From Eledone cirrhosa (taxonomy: Eukaryota), in the NCBI GenBank assembly GCA_964016885.1, contig OZ024740.1:242048001-242112000 (forward strand): a DNA stretch of 64,000 nucleotides, written 5' to 3'. The notes under the pieces were generated by a model. The model was not told the origin of the DNA. It did not search any database and saw only the letters and a list, made by a program, of their open reading frames with translations. Both the position numbers and the translations under genes were made by a program. This document shows, one piece after another, positions 1 to 13,411 of this stretch (position 1 is its first letter; the number at the start of each line of letters is the position of its first letter).

Positions 1-266
1 TCGTGATTACGGCCCCGAGAGTCGTTGCTTCAAAATCAAAATTAATTAAACACATATTGCGTTATACTATGAAGCATCATTTTTATTTGTGGTAACTGCA
101 GGGTCAACAACAGCACCAATAACAACATAATTCAGTGTTCTCTCAGTATACTAACTAGATAAATAAAAATGCAGTTCAACTAGATAAATAAAAATGCAGT
201 TCAACCTGCACGCAGCTCAAGACTTCCTTGGACAAACACCGTCTCACCTGCCTCTATTATTTTTAG

Positions 267-456
267 GGCGGTGGATTGGCAGTATTGGGAGAGGGTCGGA
301 CGCCATGCTTTGACGTATAGAGTTACGGCCCTTGCCATTCTGAGTTCAAATCCGCCCGAGGTTAACTTTACCTTTCATCCTTACGGAGTCGATAACATAA
401 AGTACCAGTAATGTACTGGGTAATTGCATGCCTTGTGCCTAACGTAGAAACAATCA
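267..456 (+). mobile_element. tRNA-derived SINE family 1 copy
   Basis: A-box-like TGGCAGTATTGG, B-box GTTCAAATCC, central CTTTCATCCTTACGG.GTCGATAA block and GTAGAAACAAT tail; more than 10 copies in the window. Confidence 0.85.
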
Positions 457-2145
457 TTTTTTGCAGCTAAACAGCGGTGTGTGGTTCAATTCGGTGTCGT
501 TCTCATCAACCGGTACGCTTCTTGGTGATGAATACATTCACATCACCCTGACCTTGCGTCTTAGCGACCATGTGTGAAACCACAGTCGACAAGGTCGGAC
601 TACATCCGCTCTCTTGTTGCCACAGCCCAACTCAGCTCCCTCAGTACTCCACCTTGAATGACGTCTTCAGAAGGATCCTCAACGCGGCTTGTTTTCCCAA
701 CACAACTGGAGCCTACTGAACTCAACCGCGTCGACGGCAAGCGCCCAAGCGGGATAATCCTTTGCCCGTTGCAGTGGGTAAATCTCTACTTTTTGATGTC
801 ATATGCTGTGAGACGTTCTCCAACTCCAACTTTTGTGCTTCGCCCACAAATTCGGGCATAGCCACCTGCACTGCAGAGAAGTGGAAGATATTCAAATACC
901 GGGACTACCGCTTCCGTTTTGTGCCGTTTTTCTCCACAAAATCGTGAGGAGTACAACAGACAAGATAGTGAAGGTGTTGCCGCGGAGAACAGACAGCAGA
1001 AACTGCTGCACCAACCACTACACATACCACCTAACCAGGGATGCAGAGTCTGCCCCCCACACCCCCACCGCCAGCCACCTACATTTCCATTATTTTTTCC
1101 CTTGTTTATTATGTGAAATATTAATGTAAATAAAGTAATTGTTATTCAGTTCTTAATGTGAAACAGTTAATAAAAGTACATGATAGTCTCTAGGGATTTA
1201 AATGTCATGATTGACAATTTTAGGTTGGGGAAATGATTTCTAAAAAAACTAATGTTTCCGTTAGGTGACCTGAATTTGACCCTGAACGACTGGCAAATAT
1301 ACATTTTTTTCCGCGAAGATCTGATTAGTATTTCAAACACATGGCTAAGATTATTTTAGATGTTTTTACAAATGGAAAAAGAAAAAAATAGGAAAGTGGA
1401 ACACTTGAGGCAGTTGATATGAATCAGGTGGCGGGTTTATAGATCCAATTTGAAAACTTATACTTCTTTAACCACAATCAATTACAGAAATATCCAAGAC
1501 ATCTACTGAGCAGAAGCTTGCTCTAAATAAACTATACAACTCACTGTCATTAAATATTAATTCGAATTATAAATGAAATGAGAGCAAAAATGTCAACGTA
1601 TATTGATATTAAATATTATAAGAACCGATCCGAGAGAAAATATAAACGCCTGTTTCACATTTCTGTGTGAAACAGGCGGTTATAATAATCTCTAATAAAC
1701 TCGAATGTTACTCTAAGATGTGAATATATTTAAGTACGAGGCTGAATGTTGAATGAGATTACTATTACCGTGTTTCTCACAACCGTGTATCATTGGTTCT
1801 ATTGTTACTGACTCTTGACGAATGAGATTTAAAATTAGAAACCGACGGGTTTTATATAAGAATTTAAGTGGACGAAAATATTTACCCTGATGTATTTGCA
1901 TCGGTACTACACTATTTTAGCCATCACCACCATTCTCCCTTTCTTTATTATGTTATATTATTGATTAACCCAAGACAGACAGACCTATGATCAAAAGCCT
2001 TCAAGATGTGACTACATTCATAGCAAGGCTTACAATTATACTTGCATTAAATATTATTTAAAATATATATGTATATATTGGTATCGATTTAATCGAATTT
2101 CCCCTCCCGTTCAATTTGTTGGCCTTGTCCCTATAGTAGAAATCG

Positions 2146-2312
2146 AGGGTTGGATGCCATACTTTCTAGCATAGTTACGTCCCATTACGGTCTGAATTCA
2201 AATGCCGTCGAGGTTAACTTTGCCTTCCATCCTTACGGGGTCGATAAAATAAAGTACCAGTAATGTACTGGGGAATTTGCTGGCCTTGTGGTAAATGTAG
2301 AAACAATTATTA
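2146..2312 (+). mobile_element. SINE family 1, 5'-truncated copy
   Basis: Matches the 267-456 element; ends in ATTATTAT. Confidence 0.8.
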
Positions 2313-2729
2313 TAGGCGACTATAGTGTAAAGACGTGCGATTCTGAGCTCCCAGAGGTTTGTTGAATTAAATTATGTAAATTTGTATTTCATTGTAATTT
2401 TTTGTTGCAAAAGGGTCATAAGACATCCAACTTTGCCCCATGAAATGACGACCCCATAATATTTGGGCCTTAGGCTCAAATATTTGAACTTTAAATTGTT
2501 TTATTATATATTTCTGGCAATATTATAACAACATGACCCGCCCCAAATATTTGTTTCAACACACCATTTCATATCAAAAACCTTGCAAAGCAAATTCATC
2601 GCCGCCATTTTTACAAATACTTTTTCGTGTAAAAAAATGGACGGAATACGCCCCCTCTCGTTCAGGCAGCTGTCACCTGACAGCAGCTCCAGAGTTGAGA
2701 TGAATTACACCGCCCCGCCTACAACATTT

Positions 2730-3040
2730 CTGAACTATAACACCACATTAAGCAGTATAGCCAACACCAGCAGCAAAAACAGTGAGAACATTAATATGAG
2801 CAAAAATGACAACACCAACACCAGCAGCAGTACCGACAACAGCAAATACAACAACACCAACAACAGCAGCAGTAGCGACAACAGCACCAACAACAACACC
2901 AACAACAGTGAAAACACTTATGTGAACAAGAATGATAACAGCACCAACAATAGCAGCAGCAGTACCAACAACAACTGCAATAATGACAACACCACCACCA
3001 ACAACAACAACAACGACGACGACAATGATAACAACACCAA
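2730..3040. repeat. AAC/AGC-rich low-complexity tract
   Basis: Degenerate trinucleotide repeat that produces the N/S/T-rich ORF 2583-3068. Confidence 0.8.
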
Positions 3041-3089
3041 CCGGAAGAGAGCAAACTTTGACAATTGAGAACCTAGAACATCAAAACCC

Positions 3090-5632
3090 TTACAGGTAAG
3101 GAGCCGGAACTAGTGGAGGAGGCTAGCTGCTACTGGTTAAGTATAGTCGGGGTTTCCTCAACAAAGTTATGTGGCTCTGATACTGCAGATTTGGATGGAG
3201 GAAGGAAATGCCACTGTCCAGATGTGATGCCAAAATTGGCACGTGGTAGTGGGGATAATCACAAGCTCCGACTGTCAGAATGCGTCCGGGACTGTATCCC
3301 ACTAGGAGGGAGGATTTGTCTCTTCAAGCTTGGGCTGAAAGTTAGGTCTGTGGGTGGTGCAAGTGTATGCACCAAACAAGGAATACAAATGCAGGTCCTT
3401 CACTGCAGTGTTAGATGTAGTTAAAACTGAGTCATATATCCTAATTGGAGACGTCAATTCACATGTTGGTACGGGCCACCTGACATGGAAAGGAGTAATT
3501 AGAAGGACTAGCGACCCGATCTAAATACGAATGGAGAGGCCTTACTAGAATTCGGTTCTAGCAATTGACTCTTATGCAATTGACTATTATGAACACTTTC
3601 TTCCAGCAGAGAGACATCCATAAATCTACATGATATAAGCTGAATCAAAGACAGAGATCAATAATTGATTTTGTTAGTGTCTATGATCTCTTTGAGTCTC
3701 TGCTGGATGTTCGTGTTAAGAGAGGGTTGAGCTCTCAACTGGTCAACACGCCAACAAAACTGGTCAGTCTAAGGTGACCTACAAGATAAAGTGGGAAGCA
3801 TTGATGGACCAGGTATGTAAATTCTATTGTATCCACATTCAGAGAACTGCCTGAGTAAACTGAGGACGCTGAGACAAAGTGGAGATTGTTCAGCGCAGCC
3901 GTTTCTGTTTCAGCGGTTAAATGCTGTGGGCGAAAGAGGCTTGATGTGGCGCCGTATGACAGGAGGAGCTTTTGGTTCAGTCAAGAGGTCAAAGATGCCA
4001 CCTGAGCAAAAGAGGAGGCTTACAAAGTTTGGCTTGGAAATAAGTCCTTCTTCTTTCAACTGGGGTACAAGCAGGCACGAGGAATCGCAGCAGAGACAGT
4101 ACACGCATCCAAAGTTAGGACATGGGAGGTATTTAGAGTTAAGCTGGAATTTGACATCAGATCAGCAAATAAAGTGTTCTGGCAGATCATCCGCCAACTT
4201 CATAATAAGAAGCCTTCCTCCACACCTGCTATCAAGAACGTGTTTGAGAGAGGTGAATCCTTGCGAGGAGGAGAGGATATGTTGCTGATCTCCTAAGCCC
4301 GATCACAATAGCATCTTCTGATGTACACATTTAACATCTTGGTGTGGTGACTATTGTTTCAGAGGCTAAGGTCATACGAGCAGTTAAAAAGCTCAAGTGT
4401 AGCAAGGGCACTGGAGAAGATGAAATCCAGTCTGACCATTTAAAAGCCTTAAATAGAGAAGTGATTCTCTGGCTGACTCGTATGTGCCGATGGGGCTAGA
4501 TCTCAGGAAAGGCAACTAAGCAATAGCAATTAAGCAATAGCAATGTTCAAAAAGGGAGTCAAGAGAAATTGTTCCAATTACAGAGGGATGTCGTTCTTAA
4601 GCCGCCCCGGTAAAGTGTCTGGCAAAGAGATTGTTGAATCGAAGCTAACTGATGAAAAGTGTGGTTTTCGCCCCAGACACGGCACAGCCGAGCAAATATT
4701 CACACTGCAAAAGGTCTTTGAGATATAGCATATGACTGCGTTCCTCGGAACCTGCTGTGGAAGGTCCTGCAGGAGTATGAGATCGATAGTCAGTTCTTTG
4801 CTGCCCTGATGTCTCTATAGGTATGCCAGAGTATTTGTCTTCGGTTAAATGGTGCTAAATCGAAACCATTCAATGTGGGAGTCGGAGGGCGCCAAGGGTA
4901 TGTACTGTCACATCGACTGGCGGTGGATTGGCAGTATAGGTAGAGGGTCGGACGCCATGCTTTGCAGCAAAAAGTTACGGCCCTTTATGATCTGAGTTCA
5001 AATCCCACCGAGGTTAACTTTGCTTTCATCCTTACGGGGTCGATAAAATAAAGTACCAGTAATACGCAGGGATAATTTATGGCCTTGTGCTAAAAGTAGA
5101 AAGAATGATTTACATGAACAGTATTGACATGCACAGCCGGGTTGGAAGTGGTATCATGACGGGTGAGTGTAAAATCAGTCAGTTGCAATTTGCAGACGAG
5201 ATGGTGTTACTTAACACGACAGAAGGTGATCTCCGAATACTGCATGGCTGGAATGAAAACCAGTGCTGCAAAAACTGAGACACTCGTCCTCTCAAGGAAG
5301 CCTGCATAGTGCACTCTACATGTAAATGGATTTCCACTGAAGCAGATAGAGAAGTTCAAGTATTTTGGTGCCGTGTTCATGAGTCATGGTAGACTGGAGG
5401 CTGAATTAAGTGCAAGAATTGCAGGAGCTGGTACAGTAATGCGCCAGCTTCAGCATTCAGTAATCAGAAGAAGGGAAGTTGGCCTAAAAGCCAAACTCGC
5501 TACCTTCAATTCGGTATTCGTGCCTACCCTTACCTATGGTCATGAATCTTGTGTAATAACGAAAAGAATACTATAATGAATACAAGCGGCCGAAATGGGG
5601 GTTCCATTTGGTGTAACGTTACTCGATAGAGT
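3090..5632 (+). mobile_element. Decayed RTE-clade LINE (APE + RT pseudogene), interrupted by a SINE at 4919-5110
   Basis: Fragments IVGVSSTK (APE), CSNYRGMSFLS, CGFRP..GTAEQIFTL, QFADEMVL (RT active-site region), EKFKYFG and VPTLTYGHES; many stops and frameshifts. Confidence 0.9.
4919..5110 (+). mobile_element. SINE family 1 copy nested in the RTE
   Basis: Full match to the family consensus; RTE homology resumes after it. Confidence 0.85.
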
Positions 5633-6284
5633 ACGTATATATATATATATATGCATATATGTGTGTGTGTGTGTGTGTGTATATGCGTAAGCGTTCGAGT
5701 TTGTTCTATTCGAGTAATATCCCTTTACACTAAGTTCAACTTGCCTTCCGTCCATTACAGGTTTGACTGAAATACCTTGAAACTGGTATCAAAATCAGTG
5801 ACAAAATCTACAGGAGTTAAATAGTAATGAAATGAATTACTACCAGAAAATTAAGATTCGGGAAAGACTTTTGCCTGTTTTGAAAGAACATCCGACTACA
5901 ACAGATACACAAATAATTTGCCGCAAATTTGCTTTTGGAAACATTATGGGACGTAAGTGATATCCTCTGGATATTTTTCATCATTACCTGTTACGGAATA
6001 CTTCACTTTATGGCTTCAATCGGACATTCTGAATTAATTATATACTTTAAACCATTGAGTGTGCGTCTCTTTTCCCTGGTATAATAAGCACAGCTTATTT
6101 GGTCTTAATGAATACTTTGTATACCCTAGCTAAACCGCCGTCACATTCAGGATGTGACATGCTTCCACTTGTCACATTCAGGATGTGACAAGTATAAGGA
6201 GAGAATGGTGCCTGGGGACTCAGCTGGTACTTTCTTAATCGCAGAGATCCGGTATAAATATGCAACGCCGAATCGACAGCCTTT

Positions 6285-6458
<174 letters not shown>

Positions 6459-6650
6459 AAACAAGTTGGAGTAGGTGAGAACAATTGAGAATAACAAAAT
6501 AATAATAAATGTAGTTTAGTGAGGAGGTCGCAGACTGTGTGACGAAGCACATTGGTTGATAATCAACAACTAAACAATGTCCGGTTATTAAACTAACTGC
6601 CTAGAGGTTTATAATAAATTGAAGTGAAATCCAACAGCTGTAGTTGTTTT

Positions 6651-6804
<154 letters not shown>

Positions 6805-6865
6805 TGTATGTATAGTATATTTGGCAATATACCGTATGTTTAATTAAAAACATTTAGACGACCAT

Positions 6866-7728
6866 ACGGTATCAGTTTTAAAGTAATGACTTAGTCACTT
6901 TCTTCTTTCCGGCGCAAGAAGGGAGAGAAGCTGACAGTCTGTTTCACGCTGGTCGACGTTCATCAGAACCACGTACTCCCCTGTTTTTGACAAAAGATTA
7001 TATACATGTCCTCTGTTTCAGGTCATCAAGCAATGAGCACAGGGCAACGAACAAACTTGAAAACTCCGCCAGACGCACTGGGATTGCTGCAGCTTGTGTA
7101 TGGAGATGAGACGATGTCACGCTCACGTGTTTCTGAGTGGTGCAAGTGGCTTAAAGAAGGACGTGAGGACGTGGAAGATGACCCCAGGAGCAAAAGGCCC
7201 ACAAGAACCAGTACTGAAGTCAACGTTGAGTGCGTTTGGCAGATGGTGCGTAGCGATCGTCGACTGACTGTTCAACTGATGGCAGATGAGCTGGGCATGA
7301 ATCGGGACAGCGTCTGGGAGATTCTCACTGAAGATTTGGACATGCGGAAAGTCTGCGCGAAGATGGTGCCAAAACTGCTGAACGATGATCAGAAGGGTCG
7401 ACGCATGCAAGTGTGCCAGGACAACTTCGAGCATCATGAAACCGACCCAGACTTGCTAGGGACAGTCATGACCGGTGATGGAGCTTCGAGTACGACCCGG
7501 AGGGGACCCGTTTTGAAGACGTGGACGACATCAAAAAGACCGTGATGACGGAACTGCGGAGGATCCCGGAAGAATCCTTCCAGGAGTGCATGCAAGCGTG
7601 GCAGAAAAGGATGGAAAAGTGCATTAGACTCCAGGGGGCTACTTTGAAGGAGAAAACTCTTAGTGTGAAGTTTGGGTTTGAAATAAATCTTTTGTGACAT
7701 CAGTCCTGGAACTTTTCTGACCCACCTC

Positions 7729-7731
<3 letters not shown>
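6866..7731 (+). mobile_element. Internally deleted mariner transposon
   Basis: HTH region VYGDETMSRSRVSEWCKWLKEGREDVEDDPRSKRP, KVCAKMVPKLL linker and TGD (first catalytic D), then a jump to the C-terminus (GGYFEG); 3' TIR-like GGAACTTTTCTGACCCACCTCGT. The 5' boundary is approximate. Confidence 0.85.
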
Positions 7732-7764
<33 letters not shown>

Positions 7765-7765
<1 letters not shown>

Positions 7766-7877
7766 TTGAAATAAAATGAAAACGAAATTTCATTTCTCAC
7801 TCTTAGTACGGCACTTACTTAAATGTAAGTATGTATGTATACGTACATACATATATGTATACAGACGTACAGTAGCA

Positions 7878-7939
<62 letters not shown>

Positions 7940-8371
7940 TACAGGTACACATACATATATGCACGCATCAGTTTAGCGGACGCTTATTATAAGGCCGCTT
8001 TGTTCGTTTGTAAACAAACTAAACAGCCTGAAATTTATGCCATACGGTGTTAAGGCAACCACGTCACCTTTTTGTTCAACACTGACACAGGAACGATGTA
8101 CTAGTTTCAAGCTTGTTAGCTATCATCAGCACCGTATACCCATCTGCCAGATAGTTTAACGTTCGAAAGTATATACTTTCCTTATGAAAATTAACGGCTG
8201 AGCAGCCTAATTTGCATATTGAGTGAGTTAAATCGGTCAGGCATACCGAAAACGATAAGTTGAAATAAAATGAAAACGAAATTTCATTTCTCACTCTTAG
8301 TATGGCACTTACTTAAATGTAAGTATGTATGTATACGTACATACATATATGTATACAGACGTACAGTAGCA

Positions 8372-8380
<9 letters not shown>
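7765..8380 (-). mobile_element. HHR-bearing non-autonomous element (retrozyme-like family B), ~1.25 copies of a ~494-bp unit
   Basis: 7765-7880 recurs at 8259-8375; homologous to 33081-33495 in the opposite orientation; flanked by (TA)n. Confidence 0.75.
8093..8135 (-). ncRNA. Minimal type I hammerhead ribozyme
   Basis: acggtg-CTGATGA-t agct aaca agct t-GAAA-c ta-GTA-catcgt; stem I 6 bp, palindromic stem III, U.U at 10.1/11.1. Confidence 0.75.
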
Positions 8381-8427
<47 letters not shown>

Positions 8428-8432
<5 letters not shown>

Positions 8433-8656
8433 TTGAGATAGAGTGTCCGTGCTGTTTGCTCTGATCTGAGCAAACAGCACGGACACTCTATCTCAAAATT
8501 ATTTTTGAAAAGCATTTAGAAATGCGCAACCGGTAAAAACTTAAAAACTTAAAACCACAACTGAATACTAACCCATACAATCACTAATACTCTTTTATTC
8601 CTAATTAAACCATTTTTCAACTGTGAACAATTTGTCAGCATTTTCTATTCCGTTTA

Positions 8657-8661
<5 letters not shown>
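8428..8661. repeat. Partial fold-back element, same family as 12664-13081
   Basis: ~35-bp arm hairpin centred near 8463, then the rest of the arm seen at 12885-13081. Confidence 0.8.
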
Positions 8662-8708
<47 letters not shown>

Positions 8709-8815
8709 TACAGGTACACATACATATATGCACACTTATATATATATTGTTATACTTTATATATATATATATTGTTATATATGTATATATATATATATGA
8801 TATATATATATGATA

Positions 8816-8870
<55 letters not shown>

Positions 8871-8872
<2 letters not shown>

Positions 8873-9418
8873 AAAGCATGTATTGAGTTAGAAACTCAAA
8901 ATAGTCTCATTACAGTAAAATTAGGTCTAGGAAAAAGGTTTTTCCGAGCCGTATAGTGTAACTGAACAAAAACGAGAAACGAACACAGACATATACATGT
9001 ATGCGTTCAAATCGTAATGGACCAGAAACGCTAAGGTGAAAAAAATACTAACTACAGACAATAGGGTTTGCTAGACTCAATTTAAGAATAAATCAAGAAA
9101 AATAGATACAAACCAGTATTGTGGTAACTACCCATCACCCGGACGGTTTTTGATGGAACCGTTTCGCAATATTAATTGTGAAGAAGTATATCAAATTCTT
9201 GGCTCATCAGCGGGTGAAGAATTAGTATCCTGATCACTTCTAAATAAAATAAAGAACTGGATAGTGTGTGTATATGTAACGCACATGGTTTCCAAACTTA
9301 GCGCGTCGCGCAGACTCACGTCACTAAAAATAGCAGCCGAGTCTACAGGACAATTGAATTAGCTCACAATGATATGTCTGTGTTCGTTTTTCTCTCTTTT
9401 CCTTTTTTTCTCCAGTTA

Positions 9419-9423
<5 letters not shown>
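8871..9423 (-). mobile_element. HHR-bearing non-autonomous element (family C) with a short inverted segment at its 5' end
   Basis: Bounded by (TA)n; 9371-9423 is an inverted copy of ~8953-8993; 3' end (GACTATTTTGAGTTT.TAACTCAAT) shared with 33520-33957. Confidence 0.75.
9135..9217 (-). ncRNA. Type I hammerhead ribozyme with full stem III
   Basis: tcacccg-CTGATGA-gc...gc-GAAA-cggtt ccatcaaa aacc-GTC-cgggtga; 7-bp stem I, 6-bp stem III, canonical core. Confidence 0.85.
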
Positions 9424-10743
<1,320 letters not shown>

Positions 10744-11050
10744 TATATTATATATGGAAACTTATATTTAAATTGTTGGGTTACAACTAGTAAATATTTA
10801 TAACTGATATAAAAGCACTCAACAAGTATTTGGAGTATATTTACGATATTAAATAAATGTATACTGAAATACTAGTATGCATATGAATACACACACGTAT
10901 ACATATGTAGATGTACCAAGTCTTTCACTGGTCACTTTACTGTGAGTGGCCAGCTATTCTGTATGTAAACACACAGACAAACCGGTTTTTAGAGTCATAC
11001 TGGTTTTTGAGGAAACACCTTTCCTCTATTCTCCAGAAAGCCAGACAAGG

Positions 11051-11095
11051 AACATTGAACTAGTTTCGTTGTTGTTACAACTCATCAGCAATATT
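11051..11095 (-). ncRNA. Minimal type I hammerhead ribozyme (inverted copy)
   Basis: Reverse complement of 11352-11396. Confidence 0.85.
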
Positions 11096-11351
11096 TACCT
11101 ATCTACCGGCCTTTCTGGATACATATGTGGATGTACATTTTTAACTTAATTGTTTAAGCGTCAGTCATACAAAAGTGAGTTACAAACGAAACGAAATTTA
11201 ATTTCGTTTCGTTATTTGTTTTTATCGTCTCCGTTGAACCGGTACGTACTCACACTCTATGCAAATTAGTCTGCCCACTACTAATTTTCATAGAAAAAGC
11301 ATATAACGATATGTGCTTTTACGATTCTCCAGAAAGGCCGGTAGATAGGTA

Positions 11352-11396
11352 AATATTGCTGATGAGTTGTAACAACAACGAAACTAGTTCAATGTT
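11352..11396 (+). ncRNA. Minimal type I hammerhead ribozyme, unit 1
   Basis: aatattg-CTGATGA-gttgt aaca acaac-GAAA-c ta-GTT-caatgtt; stem I 7 bp, stem II 5 bp, palindromic AACTAGTT stem III. Confidence 0.9.
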
Positions 11397-11817
11397 CCTT
11401 GTCTGGCTTTCTGGAGAATAGAGGAAAGGTGTTTCCTCAAAAACCAGTATGACTCTAAAAACCGGTTTGTCTGTGTGTTTACATACAGAATAGCTGGCCA
11501 CTCACAGTAAAGTGACCAGTGAAAGACTTGGTACATCTACATATGTATACGTGTGTGTATTCATATGCATACTAGTATTTCAGTATACATATGTGGATGT
11601 ACATTTTTAACTTAATTGTTTAAGCGTCAGTCATACAAAAGTGAGTTACAAACGAAACGAAATTTAATTTCGTTTCGTTATTTGTTTTTATCGTCTCCGT
11701 TGAACCGGTACGTACTCACACTCTATGCAAATTAGTCTGCCCACTACTAATTTTCATAGAAAAAGCATATAACGATATGTGCTTTTACGATTCTCCGGAA
11801 AGGCCGGTAGATAGGTA

Positions 11818-11862
11818 AATATTGCTGATGAGTTGTAACAACAACGAAACTAGTTCAATGTT
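11818..11862 (+). ncRNA. Minimal type I hammerhead ribozyme, unit 2
   Basis: Identical to 11352-11396. Confidence 0.9.
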
Positions 11863-12283
11863 CCTTGTCTGGCTTTCTGGAGAATAGAGGAAAGGTGTTT
11901 CCTCAAAAACCAGTATGACTCTAAAAACCGGTTTGTCTGTGTGTTTACATACAGAATAGCTGGCCACTCACAGTAAAGTGACCAGTGAAAGACTTGGTAC
12001 ATCTACATATGTATACGTGTGTGTATTCATATGCATACTAGTATTTCAGTATACATATGTGGATGTACATTTTTAACTTAATTGTTTAAGCGTCAGTCAT
12101 ACAAAAGTGAGTTACAAACGAAACGAAATTTAATTTCGTTTCGTTATTTGTTTTTATCGTCTCCGTTGAACCGGTACGTACTCACACTCTATGCAAATTA
12201 GTCTGCCCACTACTAATTTTCATAGAAAAAGCATATAACGATATGTGCTTTTACGATTCTCCGGAAAGGCCGGTAGATAGGTA

Positions 12284-12328
12284 AATATTGCTGATGAGTT
12301 GTAACAACAACGAAACTAGTTCAATGTT
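12284..12328 (+). ncRNA. Minimal type I hammerhead ribozyme, unit 3
   Basis: Identical to 11352-11396. Confidence 0.9.
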
Positions 12329-12549
12329 CCTTGTCTGGCTTTCTGGAGAATAGAGGAATGGTGTTTCCTCAAAAACCAGTATGACTCTAAAAACCGGTTT
12401 GTCTGTGTGTTTACATACAGAATAGCTGGCCACTCAGAGTAAAGTGACCAGTGAAAGACTTGGTACATCTACATATGTATACGTGTGTGTATTCATATGC
12501 ATACTAGTATTTCAGTATACATATGTGGATGTACATTTTTAACTTAATT

Positions 12550-12630
<81 letters not shown>

Positions 12631-12663
12631 AAAGAATAGAGGTGTAACACACAAGTTATTATA

Positions 12664-13081
12664 TATTGGTAAACGGAATAGAAAATGCTGACAAATTGTT
12701 CACAGTTGAAAAATGGTTTAATTAGGAATAAAAGAGTATTAGTGATTGTATGGGTTAGTATTCAGTTGTGGTTTTAAGTTTTTAAGTTTTTACCGGTTGC
12801 GCATTTCTAAATGCTTTTCAAAAATAATTTTGAGATAGAGTGTCCGTGCTGTTTGCTCTGATCTGCTGTTTGCTCTGATCTGATCAGAGCAAACAGCACG
12901 GACACTCTATCTCAAAATTATTTTTGAAAAGCATTTAGAAATGCGCAACCGGTAAAAACTTAAAAACTTAAAACCACAACTGAATACTAACCCATACAAT
13001 CACTAATACTCTTTTATTCCTAATTAAACCATTTTTCAACTGTGAACAATTTGTCAGCATTTTCTATTCCGTTTACCAATA
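12664..13081. repeat. Near-perfect ~420-bp palindrome (fold-back)
   Basis: ~200-bp arms TATTGGTAAACGG...CCGTTTACCAATA; the centre carries a short duplication of TGCTGTTTGCTCTGATC. Confidence 0.9.
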
Positions 13082-13083
13082 TA

Positions 13084-13147
<64 letters not shown>

Positions 13148-13180
13148 AAGGTTTACATACATATATATATATAAATAAGT

Positions 13181-13299
13181 GAAGGCGTGTGGCTGAGTGG
13201 TTAGAGAATTGGATTCGCAATCGTAAGGTTGTGAGTTCGATTCCTGGACCAGGCGATGCGTTATGTCCTTGAGCAAGACACTTTATTTCACGTTGCTCC
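13181..13299 (+). mobile_element. tRNA-derived SINE family 2 (CORE-like), 3'-truncated
   Basis: A box TGGCTGAGTGG, B box GTTCGATTCC, then TGTCCTTGAGCAAGACACTT resembling the CORE domain. Confidence 0.8.
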
Positions 13300-13411
13300 T
13301 TCTACCTGGAGTTGCGACCGATAGATAGTATTAGCAATTGGAAAGACCAACGGAAACATTGTTCCCTCGGTCCGATTTGACGAAAGTCGATCGTTCCTTA
13401 TATATATATAT

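Larger units (their letters stand above)
10860..12553 (+). mobile_element. Retrozyme-like tandem array (family A): ~3.1 direct copies of a 466-bp unit (11119-12553) preceded by an inverted partial copy (10860-11118)
   Basis: Near-identical repeats with period 466; one HHR per unit; ends in (TA)n. Confidence 0.9.

Noticed and set aside
2583-3068. Asn/Ser/Thr-rich 161-aa ORF as a host gene
   Set aside because: Low-complexity AAC tract following a PLE-like terminal motif; at most a TE remnant
10946-12433. Four copies of a 60-67 aa ORF (MASYSVCKHTDKP...)
   Set aside because: GTG start, antisense to the HHR, no recognisable motif; the repetition simply reflects the DNA repeat
13181-13260. tRNA gene
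   Set aside because: tRNA-like head continues into a SINE body and recurs as diverged copies
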